Shown in pieces: positions 37,923-47,822 of a stretch of DNA of 64,000 nucleotides (position 1 is its first letter; every line of letters starts with the position of its first letter). The stretch covers positions 7,886 through 71,885 of the forward strand of contig CAYQXV010000001.1 in NCBI GenBank assembly GCA_964421675.1. Reading direction: 5' to 3'. The stretch is from an uncultured Caulobacterales bacterium. GTDB lineage: Bacteria; Pseudomonadota; Alphaproteobacteria; Caulobacterales; Parvularculaceae. A program made the translations under genes and the position numbers. The notes under the pieces were generated by a model that worked only from the letters and a program-made list of their open reading frames with translations, had not been told where the DNA came from and ran no database searches.

Positions 37923-38468
37923 TCAATTTCGAAGCTTGATGGTAATATCGACACCCTCTTCGGGAACCGCGAAAAGGGTCTTTTCAATCGGCGGCGCACT
38001 GAAGCGAAGCTTTGGGTTACGCGACAATCCGAACGACTCTACCGGAATTCCAAACGCGCCCTTATCAAACTTTTTATTCGCATTCTTATCGTGATAAACT
38101 GATACTGCATAATCACCGGCTTCTGGCGCATAAACGCAAAATTGTGTTTCTGGCGCTTTGGCAGCAAATCTCACTTTTGACAGGCTGCTCACCGATCTCA
38201 AAAACTTCTCAGCATCATCCGGGTAAAGGTCCGCGGTCATTAACCCGACGCCCTTTTTAACTCTATGAACCGTAACCCTGATCTCAAACGGCTCCCCCCG
38301 ACAGCTGACATGGGAGAATGGCTCAGTTGGTTCAACGTCCTGCGCCATAGCCATTGCACATAGCCCCGCACCAACAGTTGCAGTTGCAAAGCCAGCTAGG
38401 CCTGAGAAAATGTTGCGACCCTTAGAGGCGCGATTGAGGGAAGCTAAAGGCTTCATGGGTATCTCCAA
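37923..38468 (-). CDS. DUF2141 domain protein (secreted)
   Basis: Signal peptide ending AMAQD. VYHDKNANKKFDKGAFGIPVESFGLSRNPKLRFSAPPIEKTLF matches the DUF2141 hallmark. Confidence 0.75.
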   Translation of the reverse strand: MEIPMKPLASLNRASKGRNIFSGLAGFATATVGAGLCAMAMAQDVEPTEPFSHVSCRGEPFEIRVTVHRVKKGVGLMTADLYPDDAEKFLRSVSSLSKVRFAAKAPETQFCVYAPEAGDYAVSVYHDKNANKKFDKGAFGIPVESFGLSRNPKLRFSAPPIEKTLFAVPEEGVDITIKLRN

Positions 38469-38639
38469 TTACTAGACACTCAACAATAACAAGAGGTCCA
38501 GACGATTTCGCGGGCAAAAATGTGCTGATTTCAAGGCATGCATTCACAAAACCGACAGTAATTTAGTGGGTTAACAAATTTTTAGAAGCCCAGCACAGGG
38601 TGAAACGTCATCTATACGAACGGTATCCTTACACTTCAA

Positions 38640-39851
38640 TCATGCTTGCATTGGCTCTCTAACATCAGCAACTGCGTCAACCATCGCTGTATAAGCGCTA
38701 ACAATTTTGTCGATGTCATCGGGTGTGTGCGCTGCAGAAACGGCAAGACGAATAAGCGATTGCGTGCCTGGTGTGCCCGGCGGGATTGCTAAATTCACGT
38801 AGACGCCATTTTCCAACAAGAAATTCCAGGCTGCAAAGGCGATTTCTTTCGTCGGGAACAATACCGAGATGACCGGGGCCGCATCGGCGGCAACCGTCAA
38901 ACCAAGCTGAACCATCGCCGCATGAAGACGGTTCGCATTACTCCAGAGCTGTTCGCGCAAGGAGGAATCTTTTGCAATGGTTTTTAAGGCAACGTTCGCC
39001 GACACAATACTGGCCGGAGAAGACGAAGCGGTAAATTGATAAGGCCGCGATGAGAACCGTAAGGCCTCTAATTCCTTGTGGCGCGAGGCTACAAAACCGC
39101 CAATGGCGGCAAGGCTTTTTGAAAATGTCCCGGTGTAGAAATCAACCACATCCATGACGCCTTCATCTTCGCATATGCCGCGACCGGTTTTGCCATAGGT
39201 ACCAAAAGAATGCGCCTCATCGACGAGTAAATGCCCACCATATTTATGAGTAACCTCAGCAAATTCTTTTACCGGAGCAACATCCCCATACATGGAATAC
39301 ATGCCTTCAATGCAAACCAGCTTGCCCTTCTTGGCAGGATCAATCCGTGCAAGGCGCTTTTCAAGGCTCTCGGGAGAATTATGTTTGAACCGAATTGTCT
39401 CAGCGCCGCTTAACTGACACCCATCATAGATACAGGCATGACAGTCAGCATCGATCAAAATGACATCTTCGCCGGGTTTCGCCAGCGCGGAAATCGCACC
39501 AAGGTTTGCCGTATAGCCGGTAGAAAATACAATGCAATGTTCAAGGCCAAGAAATTCTGCAAGGTCATGTTCAAGCTGTTTGTGGCTGGAAAAGGTTCCA
39601 TTCGCAAAACGTGATCCGGTCGTACCCGTTCCTTGTTCCGCAAGAGCTTGTTGTGCTGCTTTGATCGCTTCTTCCTGGAAAGTTAGGCCGAGATAATTGT
39701 GGGTACCTGCAAGCACTGTTTCCTTACCGCGAATATGCGCGCGAGTCGGACCGACAATGTGTTCCATAACAACCGTAAACGGATTTTTACCGACCTCCGA
39801 CAGATGGTTATACACCGCTGCCGTTTTTTCGAATTTTTCAAAGAGGCTCAC
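38640..39851 (-). CDS. spt: Serine palmitoyltransferase (alpha-oxoamine synthase family)
   Basis: 403 aa. PLP-Lys motif GTFSKSLAAIGGF, and DEAHSFG. It is adjacent to a dedicated ACP, a reductase and an acyl-AMP ligase, as in the Caulobacter sphingolipid locus. Confidence 0.8.
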   Translation of the reverse strand: MSLFEKFEKTAAVYNHLSEVGKNPFTVVMEHIVGPTRAHIRGKETVLAGTHNYLGLTFQEEAIKAAQQALAEQGTGTTGSRFANGTFSSHKQLEHDLAEFLGLEHCIVFSTGYTANLGAISALAKPGEDVILIDADCHACIYDGCQLSGAETIRFKHNSPESLEKRLARIDPAKKGKLVCIEGMYSMYGDVAPVKEFAEVTHKYGGHLLVDEAHSFGTYGKTGRGICEDEGVMDVVDFYTGTFSKSLAAIGGFVASRHKELEALRFSSRPYQFTASSSPASIVSANVALKTIAKDSSLREQLWSNANRLHAAMVQLGLTVAADAAPVISVLFPTKEIAFAAWNFLLENGVYVNLAIPPGTPGTQSLIRLAVSAAHTPDDIDKIVSAYTAMVDAVADVREPMQA

Positions 39852-39904
39852 AAATCTCTCTCCCGTTCGGGAAGTGGGGGTGCATCATAACTGGACATGC
39901 CAGT

Positions 39905-40168
39905 TTAAGTGCCCTGCTTCTTAATTTCATGAATGGCGTCGACAAGTTCGCCCACAGTTCTAATTTCTGAAATAATATTCACTGGTATCGAAATATCATA
40001 GCTGTCCTCAATCTCCATCACCACATCCAGGACAGCGACACTTTCAGCCTCAAGGTCTGCGATAAAATCGGTTTCCCGGGTTAATTTGATGCCCTTCTCA
40101 TTGATTGGCTCAATGAGGGTACAAATTTTCCGGAATACAAGATCATCATCTTCTTGAATGGTGCTCAT
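39905..40168 (-). CDS. Acyl carrier protein (dedicated, sphingolipid-cluster type)
   Basis: 87 aa, acidic. DLEAESVAVLDVVMEIEDSYDISIP corresponds to the DSL phosphopantetheine-Ser helix II region. Confidence 0.8.
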   Translation of the reverse strand: MSTIQEDDDLVFRKICTLIEPINEKGIKLTRETDFIADLEAESVAVLDVVMEIEDSYDISIPVNIISEIRTVGELVDAIHEIKKQGT

Positions 40169-40283
40169 AGGATATTCTCACTCTCAGACAGCATGTCAGG
40201 GTTTCAATATAGAGACGGCGACGGCGTTTGTCCGCCATTTTTTAAAATTTTTGCGATCAATGCTGCTATGGGCAGTTATTGGC

Positions 40284-41261
40284 CTAAAGCCAACCTGCCT
40301 GCTGATACCATTTTGCGGTTTTCGCAAAGCCTTCCTCAATTGAGGTGCGCGGTGTCCATGCGGTTGATTGACTGAATAGATTTTCCCGTGCGGCCCAGTC
40401 CGGATAGAAAAATTCCTCTATTTTTTGCGGGGTCACCATCGGCGCGCGCCCTGCCAACCGGATCGCGCTGCTGCTCAGGGCTGCATAGCCTGATAAAACT
40501 GGTTTTGGCAGCGGCAAAGCTCTGGCCCGCACGCCCAATCCCGTCGCGCAGGCTGTCACAATTTCTCGCCAGCTATGGCCACCGGGTTTGCTGTCTCCGA
40601 TCTCATAAAGCCCCGGCGGTGTATCAGCCGATAACGCAACCTCGATAGCATCAACAAAATCATCCACACAAATGATTGAGACACGCCCCTCAACCTTACC
40701 CCCCGGAATAGGAGCGAGGCCCGCTTTGACCGCCTTGAAAAATGGCAGGGTCGCATGATCTCTTGGCCCAAACAGCGCCGGCGCGCGCATCGTCACAAGG
40801 GATTGCTCACGCCCGCCCTCCATCACAGCTTGCACGGCCCCCTCACTGTCAAACTTGGACCCAGCGTAAGCGGAGATTGCCGGTCGGCGTGCCGCCAGAG
40901 AGGAGATGTGAACCATTCGCCCGCTCTGGGCCCCATTCTGGCAAAAGGCGTGTGCAACATTTGCCGCGCCTGTCACATTTGTTCGAGCAAATTCAGCATC
41001 ATTTCGGGCGTGTGTTAGCCCTGCACAATGTACAATCCAGTCTGCACCCTCGCATAGTTTGCCAAGCGCGTGCTCATCGGCAAGATCACCAGCAACCGAC
41101 TCAAAAATATGGTTTTCGTCGAGATTTTCGGGGGTTCTTGCCAGCGCGCGCACCTTTACCCCAGCGGTTGTAAAGCGCTCAGCAATGGCCGCGCCGACAA
41201 AGCCGGTGGCACCGGTCAGGGCAAGTATTTTCCCGGTCATAGCAGGACCCGACGACATCAT
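40284..41261 (-). CDS. NAD(P)-dependent epimerase/dehydratase-family SDR; candidate ceramide reductase (CerR-like)
   Basis: Rossmann motif LTGATGFVG and catalytic YAGSK (YxxxK). Position between the ACP and the acyl-AMP ligase. Confidence 0.7.
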   Translation of the reverse strand: MMSSGPAMTGKILALTGATGFVGAAIAERFTTAGVKVRALARTPENLDENHIFESVAGDLADEHALGKLCEGADWIVHCAGLTHARNDAEFARTNVTGAANVAHAFCQNGAQSGRMVHISSLAARRPAISAYAGSKFDSEGAVQAVMEGGREQSLVTMRAPALFGPRDHATLPFFKAVKAGLAPIPGGKVEGRVSIICVDDFVDAIEVALSADTPPGLYEIGDSKPGGHSWREIVTACATGLGVRARALPLPKPVLSGYAALSSSAIRLAGRAPMVTPQKIEEFFYPDWAARENLFSQSTAWTPRTSIEEGFAKTAKWYQQAGWL

Positions 41262-41276
41262 GATTGGCGTGAGCGT

Positions 41277-43106
41277 TTAGCCAAGACTATTGGCAAGCGC
41301 AGGTTCAGGTGCTGCATCAAACGCACCTTGCAAATATTTTTCACGCACTTTTGCTCGTGAAAGTTTTCCCGACGATGTCATCACCATGGAGTGCGGGCGA
41401 ACCAGCTTCACCTCAGCAGGTGAACCGGCTGTGGTTTGAATAACCTGCATCACATTTCGGCGTAATTCTTCGCGCGCAGTATCGGTAAGACCGCCGCGGC
41501 ATTCGACGATCGCAACAATGCGCTCACCCGATCCATTATCAATAGAGAATGCAGCAACGCCCCCCTGACGCACATGGTCAACTTCTTCAACCGCCCACTC
41601 AATATCTTGCGGCCAAATATTACGACCATTGATAATGATGAGATCTTTAGCACGCCCGGTGATGAAAATATCGCCGTTTAGCGTATATCCCATATCACCC
41701 GTATCCAGCCACTCGCCATCAAACATGGCCCGTGAGGTCTCTTCATCAGAGAAATATCCAGGCGTGAGGCTTGGCCCTTTGATAAAGATCCGGCCAACTT
41801 CGCGATCGCGTATACACGTCCCATCTTCATTACGCACTTCGAGATTATGACCCGGAAGAACCTGGCCACATTTTACAAAGCTGCGCTTATGTTCCTCGGA
41901 GGTCACCGCGGATACAGGCTGGGCAATTCCCGATCGGTTGTAATGGCGCATATCGACGTGATCGACGCAAAAGGCTTCCTCTGTATCGGTGAACGCAATT
42001 GCAAGGGTTGCTTCGGCCATTCCATAGCTTGGCGTGAAAGCATTGGGGTTAAAGCCTGAAGAGATAAATCGGTCACGGAAGGCGTTTAAGGCTTCGGGAC
42101 GTACCATATCGCCGCCAATACCGGCGACCCGCAATGATGTCAGATCAATATCTGCTGAATCCGCACGACGCGCGCGTTTTGACGCAAGTTCATAACCAAA
42201 CGAGGGGCTGTAGGTAATCGTACAGCGATTTTTGGCGATTAGGGATAGCCATAAAAGAGGCCTGCGAACAAAATCAGATGTCGCGATCATATCAACACTG
42301 GTCTGGGAGGTCATGGGTGTCAGCACGAAGCCTATCAGCCCCATATCGTGATAGAGGGGCAGCCAGCTCGCCGCCCGGTCGCCCGGATTAAGCTTGAGGC
42401 CATCACGCACAATACTGGTAAGGTTGTTGTTTACCGAAGCCTGCGTTCCGATCACCCCTTTTGGCGCGCTCGTGGACCCAGATGAATATTGGATGTAACA
42501 CAGCTCATCTGGCCCGAAGGGAACGGGCGTTTCATCGCCGCTCGACAAGGCAAAAAGTTCTGAATAGGTAAAAACATCAACTAGCTTGCCATCACTTGAA
42601 TTCGCCGCCTGGGTAACAAAATCCTCAAGTGATGCCGGGCAGATCGCGACACTCGCATCCGCGCTCACCATCATTTGCCGAATTTGGGTAATGTAGCCGT
42701 TCTTCCCACCAAGATTAACCGGCATCGGCATGGGCGCGGGAACAATGCCCGCATATTGGCATGCAAAAAAGGTTGTAACAAAATCGACGCTGGTTTCTGC
42801 AACCAGGCAAAGCCGGGAGCCCCGCTCAAACCGGCTTGCAAGCCGCTGTGCCAAATCCAAGGCGCGCTCGCGTAATTTGCTATAGGGCAGGGTCTGGGAA
42901 AGTTCACCGCGCAGCGAATAAAAATTGAATCCGGTTTCGCCCAAGGCCGCATAATCCAACGCTTCTGCCAGCGTAGAAAAGCCCGCAAGGCGTTGTTGCA
43001 AGGTGTCGTTCAGTGACGGCGTCGCGACACGCTGGATATCAATGGCTGCCACGGCGTTATCCACTCTGGAAGTCGGACCGATCGAGCCCTCGGTTTCAAA
43101 TGTCAT
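41277..43106 (-). CDS. Fatty acyl-AMP ligase / acyl-ACP synthetase
   Basis: 609 aa. YIQYSSGSTSAPKGV P-loop, YGMAEATL, DTGDMGY, GRAKDLIIINGRNIWPQDIE. Confidence 0.8.
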   Translation of the reverse strand: MTFETEGSIGPTSRVDNAVAAIDIQRVATPSLNDTLQQRLAGFSTLAEALDYAALGETGFNFYSLRGELSQTLPYSKLRERALDLAQRLASRFERGSRLCLVAETSVDFVTTFFACQYAGIVPAPMPMPVNLGGKNGYITQIRQMMVSADASVAICPASLEDFVTQAANSSDGKLVDVFTYSELFALSSGDETPVPFGPDELCYIQYSSGSTSAPKGVIGTQASVNNNLTSIVRDGLKLNPGDRAASWLPLYHDMGLIGFVLTPMTSQTSVDMIATSDFVRRPLLWLSLIAKNRCTITYSPSFGYELASKRARRADSADIDLTSLRVAGIGGDMVRPEALNAFRDRFISSGFNPNAFTPSYGMAEATLAIAFTDTEEAFCVDHVDMRHYNRSGIAQPVSAVTSEEHKRSFVKCGQVLPGHNLEVRNEDGTCIRDREVGRIFIKGPSLTPGYFSDEETSRAMFDGEWLDTGDMGYTLNGDIFITGRAKDLIIINGRNIWPQDIEWAVEEVDHVRQGGVAAFSIDNGSGERIVAIVECRGGLTDTAREELRRNVMQVIQTTAGSPAEVKLVRPHSMVMTSSGKLSRAKVREKYLQGAFDAAPEPALANSLG

Positions 43107-43722
43107 TACCCACTCACTTCAAACCCGAATTTCATATTCAAACGGCAGTCGCACGAATGCTGACCACCATCCTATTGCGGGTACTAATCTTATTTTATTG
43201 TCAAACCCGTAGCCCAAAACCACTGTGACCTGCGTACTCTACCCATAATTCCTGCCACCAGCCACCTTTGACGACAAAGAGACAGAAACGTGCCCTAATT
43301 CCTCATCGCTCGATACTGTTACCACAAACCACGATTTGCGGCATTGCGGTATAAAACATGACGACTCTTGTCCCTATCATGACAATTGCGCTTCGACAAC
43401 CAGAGGTATTGATACAAGGATGGGCTCATAGCCCCTTCAGGGTCAATGAACAACGCATCCAAGGGCGGGTCAAACATCAAGATTTGCGCACAGTTGTTTC
43501 ATTCATGCCACGCCTACGCGTTATCAGGCGATTTTTGCGTGTTTTTTCGCTAAGCTGGTGATTTCGGATGGCTTTTGCGGCGAGATCACCCAATATCAGC
43601 CTTTTTACGGCTTTGCTGGGCCTTTTACCATTTTGCTGCGTATGATAGGCGAATACACAATAGACCATGCGAACCCCAATAATTGCCATCTGCTTAGGCG
43701 CCGGACACGCATTTAACCCCAA

Positions 43723-44529
43723 TTGGTAGTCAAGCGCTGCCGTATGAACAGAGTATCAGCCATGAATATTTTTATCGGATACAAGGCTTGGAAAGAGGAA
43801 GAATATCTCCTCAACAAAATGTCGTTGAGAGATTTGCAACGCGCCTACATCACCTATCCTGGTATTCAGGTCTATTTTGTGCTGCTGGTGGTTTCACTGA
43901 TTGGCGCCCTCGCGACCATGACATCCCCTGTGCGCCTACTCATTGCGATGGCTGCCAGCGTCATACTCTATCCAGCAATCTGGTACAGCTTGCATCGCTG
44001 GGTGCTGCATGGGGCATGGATGTATAAATCGCCCATGACTGCGAAGGTTTGGAAACGCGTCCATTTCGACCACCACAGATTCCCCAATGACCTGTCGGTT
44101 CTATTTGGCGGTCTGCACACAACCCTGCCAACCATTGTATTTTTGACCGGACCCGTAGGCTGGATCATTGGCGGTCTGCCGGGCGCCCTTGCAGCAATCG
44201 CTGCTGCCCTTGGGACCACCTGTGTCTATGAGTTTTGGCATTGCGGACAACATCTTGCGTTCGAGCCTAAATCGGCTTTTTGGCAGCGGATCAAGAAATT
44301 GCACCTCGCCCACCATTATCACAACGAAAATGGCAATTACGGAATAACCAACTTTATTGTCGATGAACTCATGGGCACCCACTATGAAGAGGTGGAGGAA
44401 ATGCCGCGCAGCGCGACTGCACGCAATCTAGGGTATACAGATGAAGTTGCCGAAACCTATCCATGGGTCAAGGAACTGACCGAGGCTGAGGGGAAAGCCC
44501 AAAGAGGGCTGCGTGCCGATCCCGCCTAG
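43723..44529 (+). CDS. Fatty acid hydroxylase / sterol desaturase superfamily membrane protein (start uncertain)
   Basis: Three His boxes: HRWVLHG, HFDHHRFP, HLAHHYHNE. TM helices. Divergent from the sphingolipid genes. ATG alternatives at 43744, 43762 and 43819. Confidence 0.75.
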   Translation: MVVKRCRMNRVSAMNIFIGYKAWKEEEYLLNKMSLRDLQRAYITYPGIQVYFVLLVVSLIGALATMTSPVRLLIAMAASVILYPAIWYSLHRWVLHGAWMYKSPMTAKVWKRVHFDHHRFPNDLSVLFGGLHTTLPTIVFLTGPVGWIIGGLPGALAAIAAALGTTCVYEFWHCGQHLAFEPKSAFWQRIKKLHLAHHYHNENGNYGITNFIVDELMGTHYEEVEEMPRSATARNLGYTDEVAETYPWVKELTEAEGKAQRGLRADPA

Positions 44530-44817
44530 GGGGAATATTTGAATTTTAAGCGATAATATTTCTCAGCGCCCGGAAATAGCAGCACAGCAAGCCAAGCTGG
44601 CCATATAACTACTTGATTTTCGAAGCGGTCTTTGCGACGTTCCGCGACGAAATTAGGCTGGGTTATATGATTTTTATGCCCGGGTTGGGCGCGTTGATAA
44701 AATCACGAACACCTCATTCAGCCGATACTGTCTTAAACATACGGGGCATTCGCCCCGGTATTTATTCGCTTTAGCGGGGTATCCCCCGAAAATATTTTCC
44801 AAGAAGGAAGGTTTGTC

Positions 44818-46938
44818 ATGGGCTTAGGTCTTTGGTTGGTCATTGCGGCCGGCTTGCTTGCGATTGTGTATGGAGTTCTCACCGCACGATCCATCATGTC
44901 ATTGCCGACAGGTAATGCGCGTATGGAAGAGATCGCCGGCGCTATTCAAGAAGGCGCTCGCGCGTATCTCAACAAACAATACACAACAATTGCAATTGTC
45001 GGCGGGGTCGTCTTCGTCGCCCTGTTAATTGTATTTGGCATGAACCCTATCCCTGCAATCGGCTTTTTACTCGGTGCTGTTTTATCCGGGGCCGCAGGAT
45101 ATGTTGGCATGATTATTTCAGTGCGTGCCAATGTTCGCACAACACAAGCATCCAGTGAAAGCCTTGGCAAAGGTCTTTCCGTGGCATTCCGCTCAGGCGC
45201 GGTGACAGGGATGTTGGTTGCCGGTTTGGCCCTGCTCGGTATTGCTGGCTATTACGCAATTTTAGTCTTTGGGCTCGGCAATGCGCCAGAAAGCCGGACC
45301 GTTGTAAATGGTCTGATTGCTCTTTCTCTCGGCGCTTCCCTAATTTCCGTGTTTGCCCGTCTTGGCGGCGGTATCTTCACCAAAGGTGCTGATGTTGGCG
45401 GCGATATGGTGGGTAAGGTTGAGGCCGGAATTCCCGAAGATGATCCCCGCAACCCAGCAACGATCGCTGACAATGTTGGCGATAATGTTGGCGATTGCGC
45501 CGGTATGGCCGCCGACCTTTTTGAAACCTATGTGGTGACGGTTGCTGCGACCATGGTGCTGGGCTCGATCCTGTACCCGGCCGCTGCATCTGCGCTAATG
45601 TTCTATCCACTGGCGATTGGCGGGGTTTGTATCCTCACATCAATCGCGGGAACATTTGCTGTTAGCCTTGGTGAAGGGTCCAAAAACGTTATGGGCGCTC
45701 TTTACAAGGGCCTGATCGCAACGGGCGTTCTGTCGTTAATTGCGATTGCCATCGTAACCAGCACAATGTTTGGTTTTAGCGGTGAAATCCCCGGCACAGA
45801 ATTTAGCGGACTTGATCTGCTACTGTGCGGCGTTGTTGGCCTTGCGATTACCGGCCTGATCGTTGTGATCACTGAATATTACACCAGTACCGAATATCGT
45901 CCGGTAAAATCAGTGGCGCTGGCTTCTGAATCCGGACACGGTACCAATGTTATTCAGGGACTTGCGGTTTCTCTTGAAGCCACCGCAGCACCTGCGCTGG
46001 TTATCGTTATCGGCATCATCATGACCTACAACCTTGGTGGATTGTACGGGATTGCAACGGCGGTGACGACAATGCTTGCTCTTGCAGGAATGATTGTTGC
46101 GCTGGATGCATTTGGCCCGGTGACCGACAATGCAGGCGGTATCGCCGAAATGGCCGGCCTTGAAGGCTCAGTTCGTGAAACCACGGATGCACTGGACGCG
46201 GTTGGCAACACCACCAAAGCGGTAACCAAAGGATATGCGATTGGGTCTGCGGGCCTTGGCGCGTTGGTTCTGTTTGCAGCCTATACCGAGGATATCAACC
46301 ACTTTGTGAAACATAGCGATGAGTTTCCGTGGTTTGCGGATGTTTCCGTAAACTTCTCACTGTCAAACCCTTATGTCATTTGTGGCTTGTTTGTTGGTGG
46401 ATTGCTTCCGTTCCTGTTTGGCGGCATCGCCATGCAATCGGTTGGCCGCGCAGCGGGCGCCATCGTGGAAGAAGTTCGTCGTCAGTTCAAAGCCGACCCC
46501 GGCATTATGGCAGGCACCTCTCGCCCTGATTATGCCAGAGCCGTTGACATGTTGACGGGTGCGGCGATCAAAGAAATGGTTGTTCCATCCCTTCTGCCAA
46601 TCTTCTCACCAATTGTGCTGTATTTTGGTATCGGCATGGTTGCTGGTAAATCCGCAGCGCTCTCAGCGCTCGGTGCTATGTTGATTGGTGTTATCATCAC
46701 CGGGCTTTTTGTCGCTATCTCCATGACCGCCGGCGGCGGCGCATGGGATAATGCGAAAAAATATATCGAGGATGGCAATCATGGCGGCAAAGGCTCAGAA
46801 GCCCACAAAGCTGCTGTAACAGGCGACACTGTTGGTGATCCTTACAAGGATACTGCCGGTCCTGCCGTGAACCCAATGATCAAAATCACAAACATTGTTG
46901 CGCTTTTGATGTTGGCCGTTTTCGCAAATATAGGCTAG
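44818..46938 (+). CDS. hppA: K+-independent H+-translocating pyrophosphatase
   Basis: 706 aa polytopic. [49 protein letters not shown] carries the Lys diagnostic of K+-independent enzymes. Confidence 0.95.
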   Translation: MGLGLWLVIAAGLLAIVYGVLTARSIMSLPTGNARMEEIAGAIQEGARAYLNKQYTTIAIVGGVVFVALLIVFGMNPIPAIGFLLGAVLSGAAGYVGMIISVRANVRTTQASSESLGKGLSVAFRSGAVTGMLVAGLALLGIAGYYAILVFGLGNAPESRTVVNGLIALSLGASLISVFARLGGGIFTKGADVGGDMVGKVEAGIPEDDPRNPATIADNVGDNVGDCAGMAADLFETYVVTVAATMVLGSILYPAAASALMFYPLAIGGVCILTSIAGTFAVSLGEGSKNVMGALYKGLIATGVLSLIAIAIVTSTMFGFSGEIPGTEFSGLDLLLCGVVGLAITGLIVVITEYYTSTEYRPVKSVALASESGHGTNVIQGLAVSLEATAAPALVIVIGIIMTYNLGGLYGIATAVTTMLALAGMIVALDAFGPVTDNAGGIAEMAGLEGSVRETTDALDAVGNTTKAVTKGYAIGSAGLGALVLFAAYTEDINHFVKHSDEFPWFADVSVNFSLSNPYVICGLFVGGLLPFLFGGIAMQSVGRAAGAIVEEVRRQFKADPGIMAGTSRPDYARAVDMLTGAAIKEMVVPSLLPIFSPIVLYFGIGMVAGKSAALSALGAMLIGVIITGLFVAISMTAGGGAWDNAKKYIEDGNHGGKGSEAHKAAVTGDTVGDPYKDTAGPAVNPMIKITNIVALLMLAVFANIG

Positions 46939-46967
46939 CCCATCGGTCAAACGACCAGATATGATCT

Positions 46968-46998
46968 AAAAACCCGGCAGATTACTGCCGGGTTTTTT
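46968..46998 (+). terminator. Rho-independent terminator of hppA
   Basis: Perfect 10-bp stem AACCCGGCAG-atta-CTGCCGGGTT followed by a T run. Confidence 0.85.
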
Positions 46999-47101
46999 AT
47001 TGGCCATAAATTTAGCACTGCCGTGCTCTGCTTTGTCAAAATCGGTCAGTTTTCGCCCATCAGGGCTTTGCTTTTGCGAGCGTGGGGGCAATAAGGCTGA
47101 G

Positions 47102-47800
47102 ATGAGCATCTCCCCGCATATTAAGGCGGTCATTTTTGACTGCGACGGCGTCCTCGTTGACAGCGAAATCCTTGGCTTGGAAGAAAGCGTCGCTTTTCTT
47201 AAATCGCAAGGCCTGCCGTGGGAAGCCGAGGAAGTCATTTCACGATTTACCGGGTACCGCGATGATGTCTTTCGCCAGCTCTTAAATGAAGCCTATCAAG
47301 AAATTCATGGCACGCTGCCCGATGACAGTCTGTTTACAGAGCTGGTCGCAGCAAGACGGCGCAATAAACACAAACTCAAACCCATTGAAGGGGCCCGCCG
47401 CGCCATTGAAGCCACCGCTGCCAGCGGTTTTGCGGTTGCCGTAGCTTCCTCCTCGCGCACGCAATATCTGGAATCCAAATTACAGCGCACAAATCTGTGG
47501 GACGTTCTCGCCCCCCATGTCTATTCTGCTGAACTGGTAGCCCATGGAAAACCAGCGCCAGACATATTTCTTCATGCCGCAAACGCGATCAATATCGCTC
47601 CAGAAAACTGCCTTGTCCTCGAAGACAGCGTGCAAGGGGTACGCGCGGGGATTGCCGCTTCCATGAGCGTTTGGGGATTTACCGGCGGCGGGCATTGTTT
47701 TGCCGGACACGGTGAACGATTAAGCGAGGCGGGGGCGACAACAATTGTGCCTGACTTTGCCAGCCTATCCCCATTGTTACAGGGGCTTCATCGTGAGTGA
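47102..47800 (+). CDS. HAD-superfamily hydrolase (beta-phosphoglucomutase-like phosphatase subfamily)
   Basis: Start set at MSISPHIKAVIFDCDGVLVDSE (DxDG motif I). The SSS motif II region, and motif IV LEDSVQG. Confidence 0.8.
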   Translation: MSISPHIKAVIFDCDGVLVDSEILGLEESVAFLKSQGLPWEAEEVISRFTGYRDDVFRQLLNEAYQEIHGTLPDDSLFTELVAARRRNKHKLKPIEGARRAIEATAASGFAVAVASSSRTQYLESKLQRTNLWDVLAPHVYSAELVAHGKPAPDIFLHAANAINIAPENCLVLEDSVQGVRAGIAASMSVWGFTGGGHCFAGHGERLSEAGATTIVPDFASLSPLLQGLHRE

Positions 47801-47822
47801 AACGAACGGTGAAGCCCGTGTG

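Noticed and set aside
43358-43722. Two overlapping short ORFs (67 aa plus strand, 81 aa minus strand) in the long spacer of the sphingolipid cluster
   Set aside because: They have no RBS and no recognisable domain, and they are mutually exclusive. I kept only the observation that the spacer is unusually long.
47000-47101. Upstream extension of the HAD hydrolase ORF (MAINLALPCSAL...)
   Set aside because: It starts on the last bases of the hppA terminator and has non-protein-like composition. The canonical HAD motif I (DCDG) follows shortly after the ATG at 47102.
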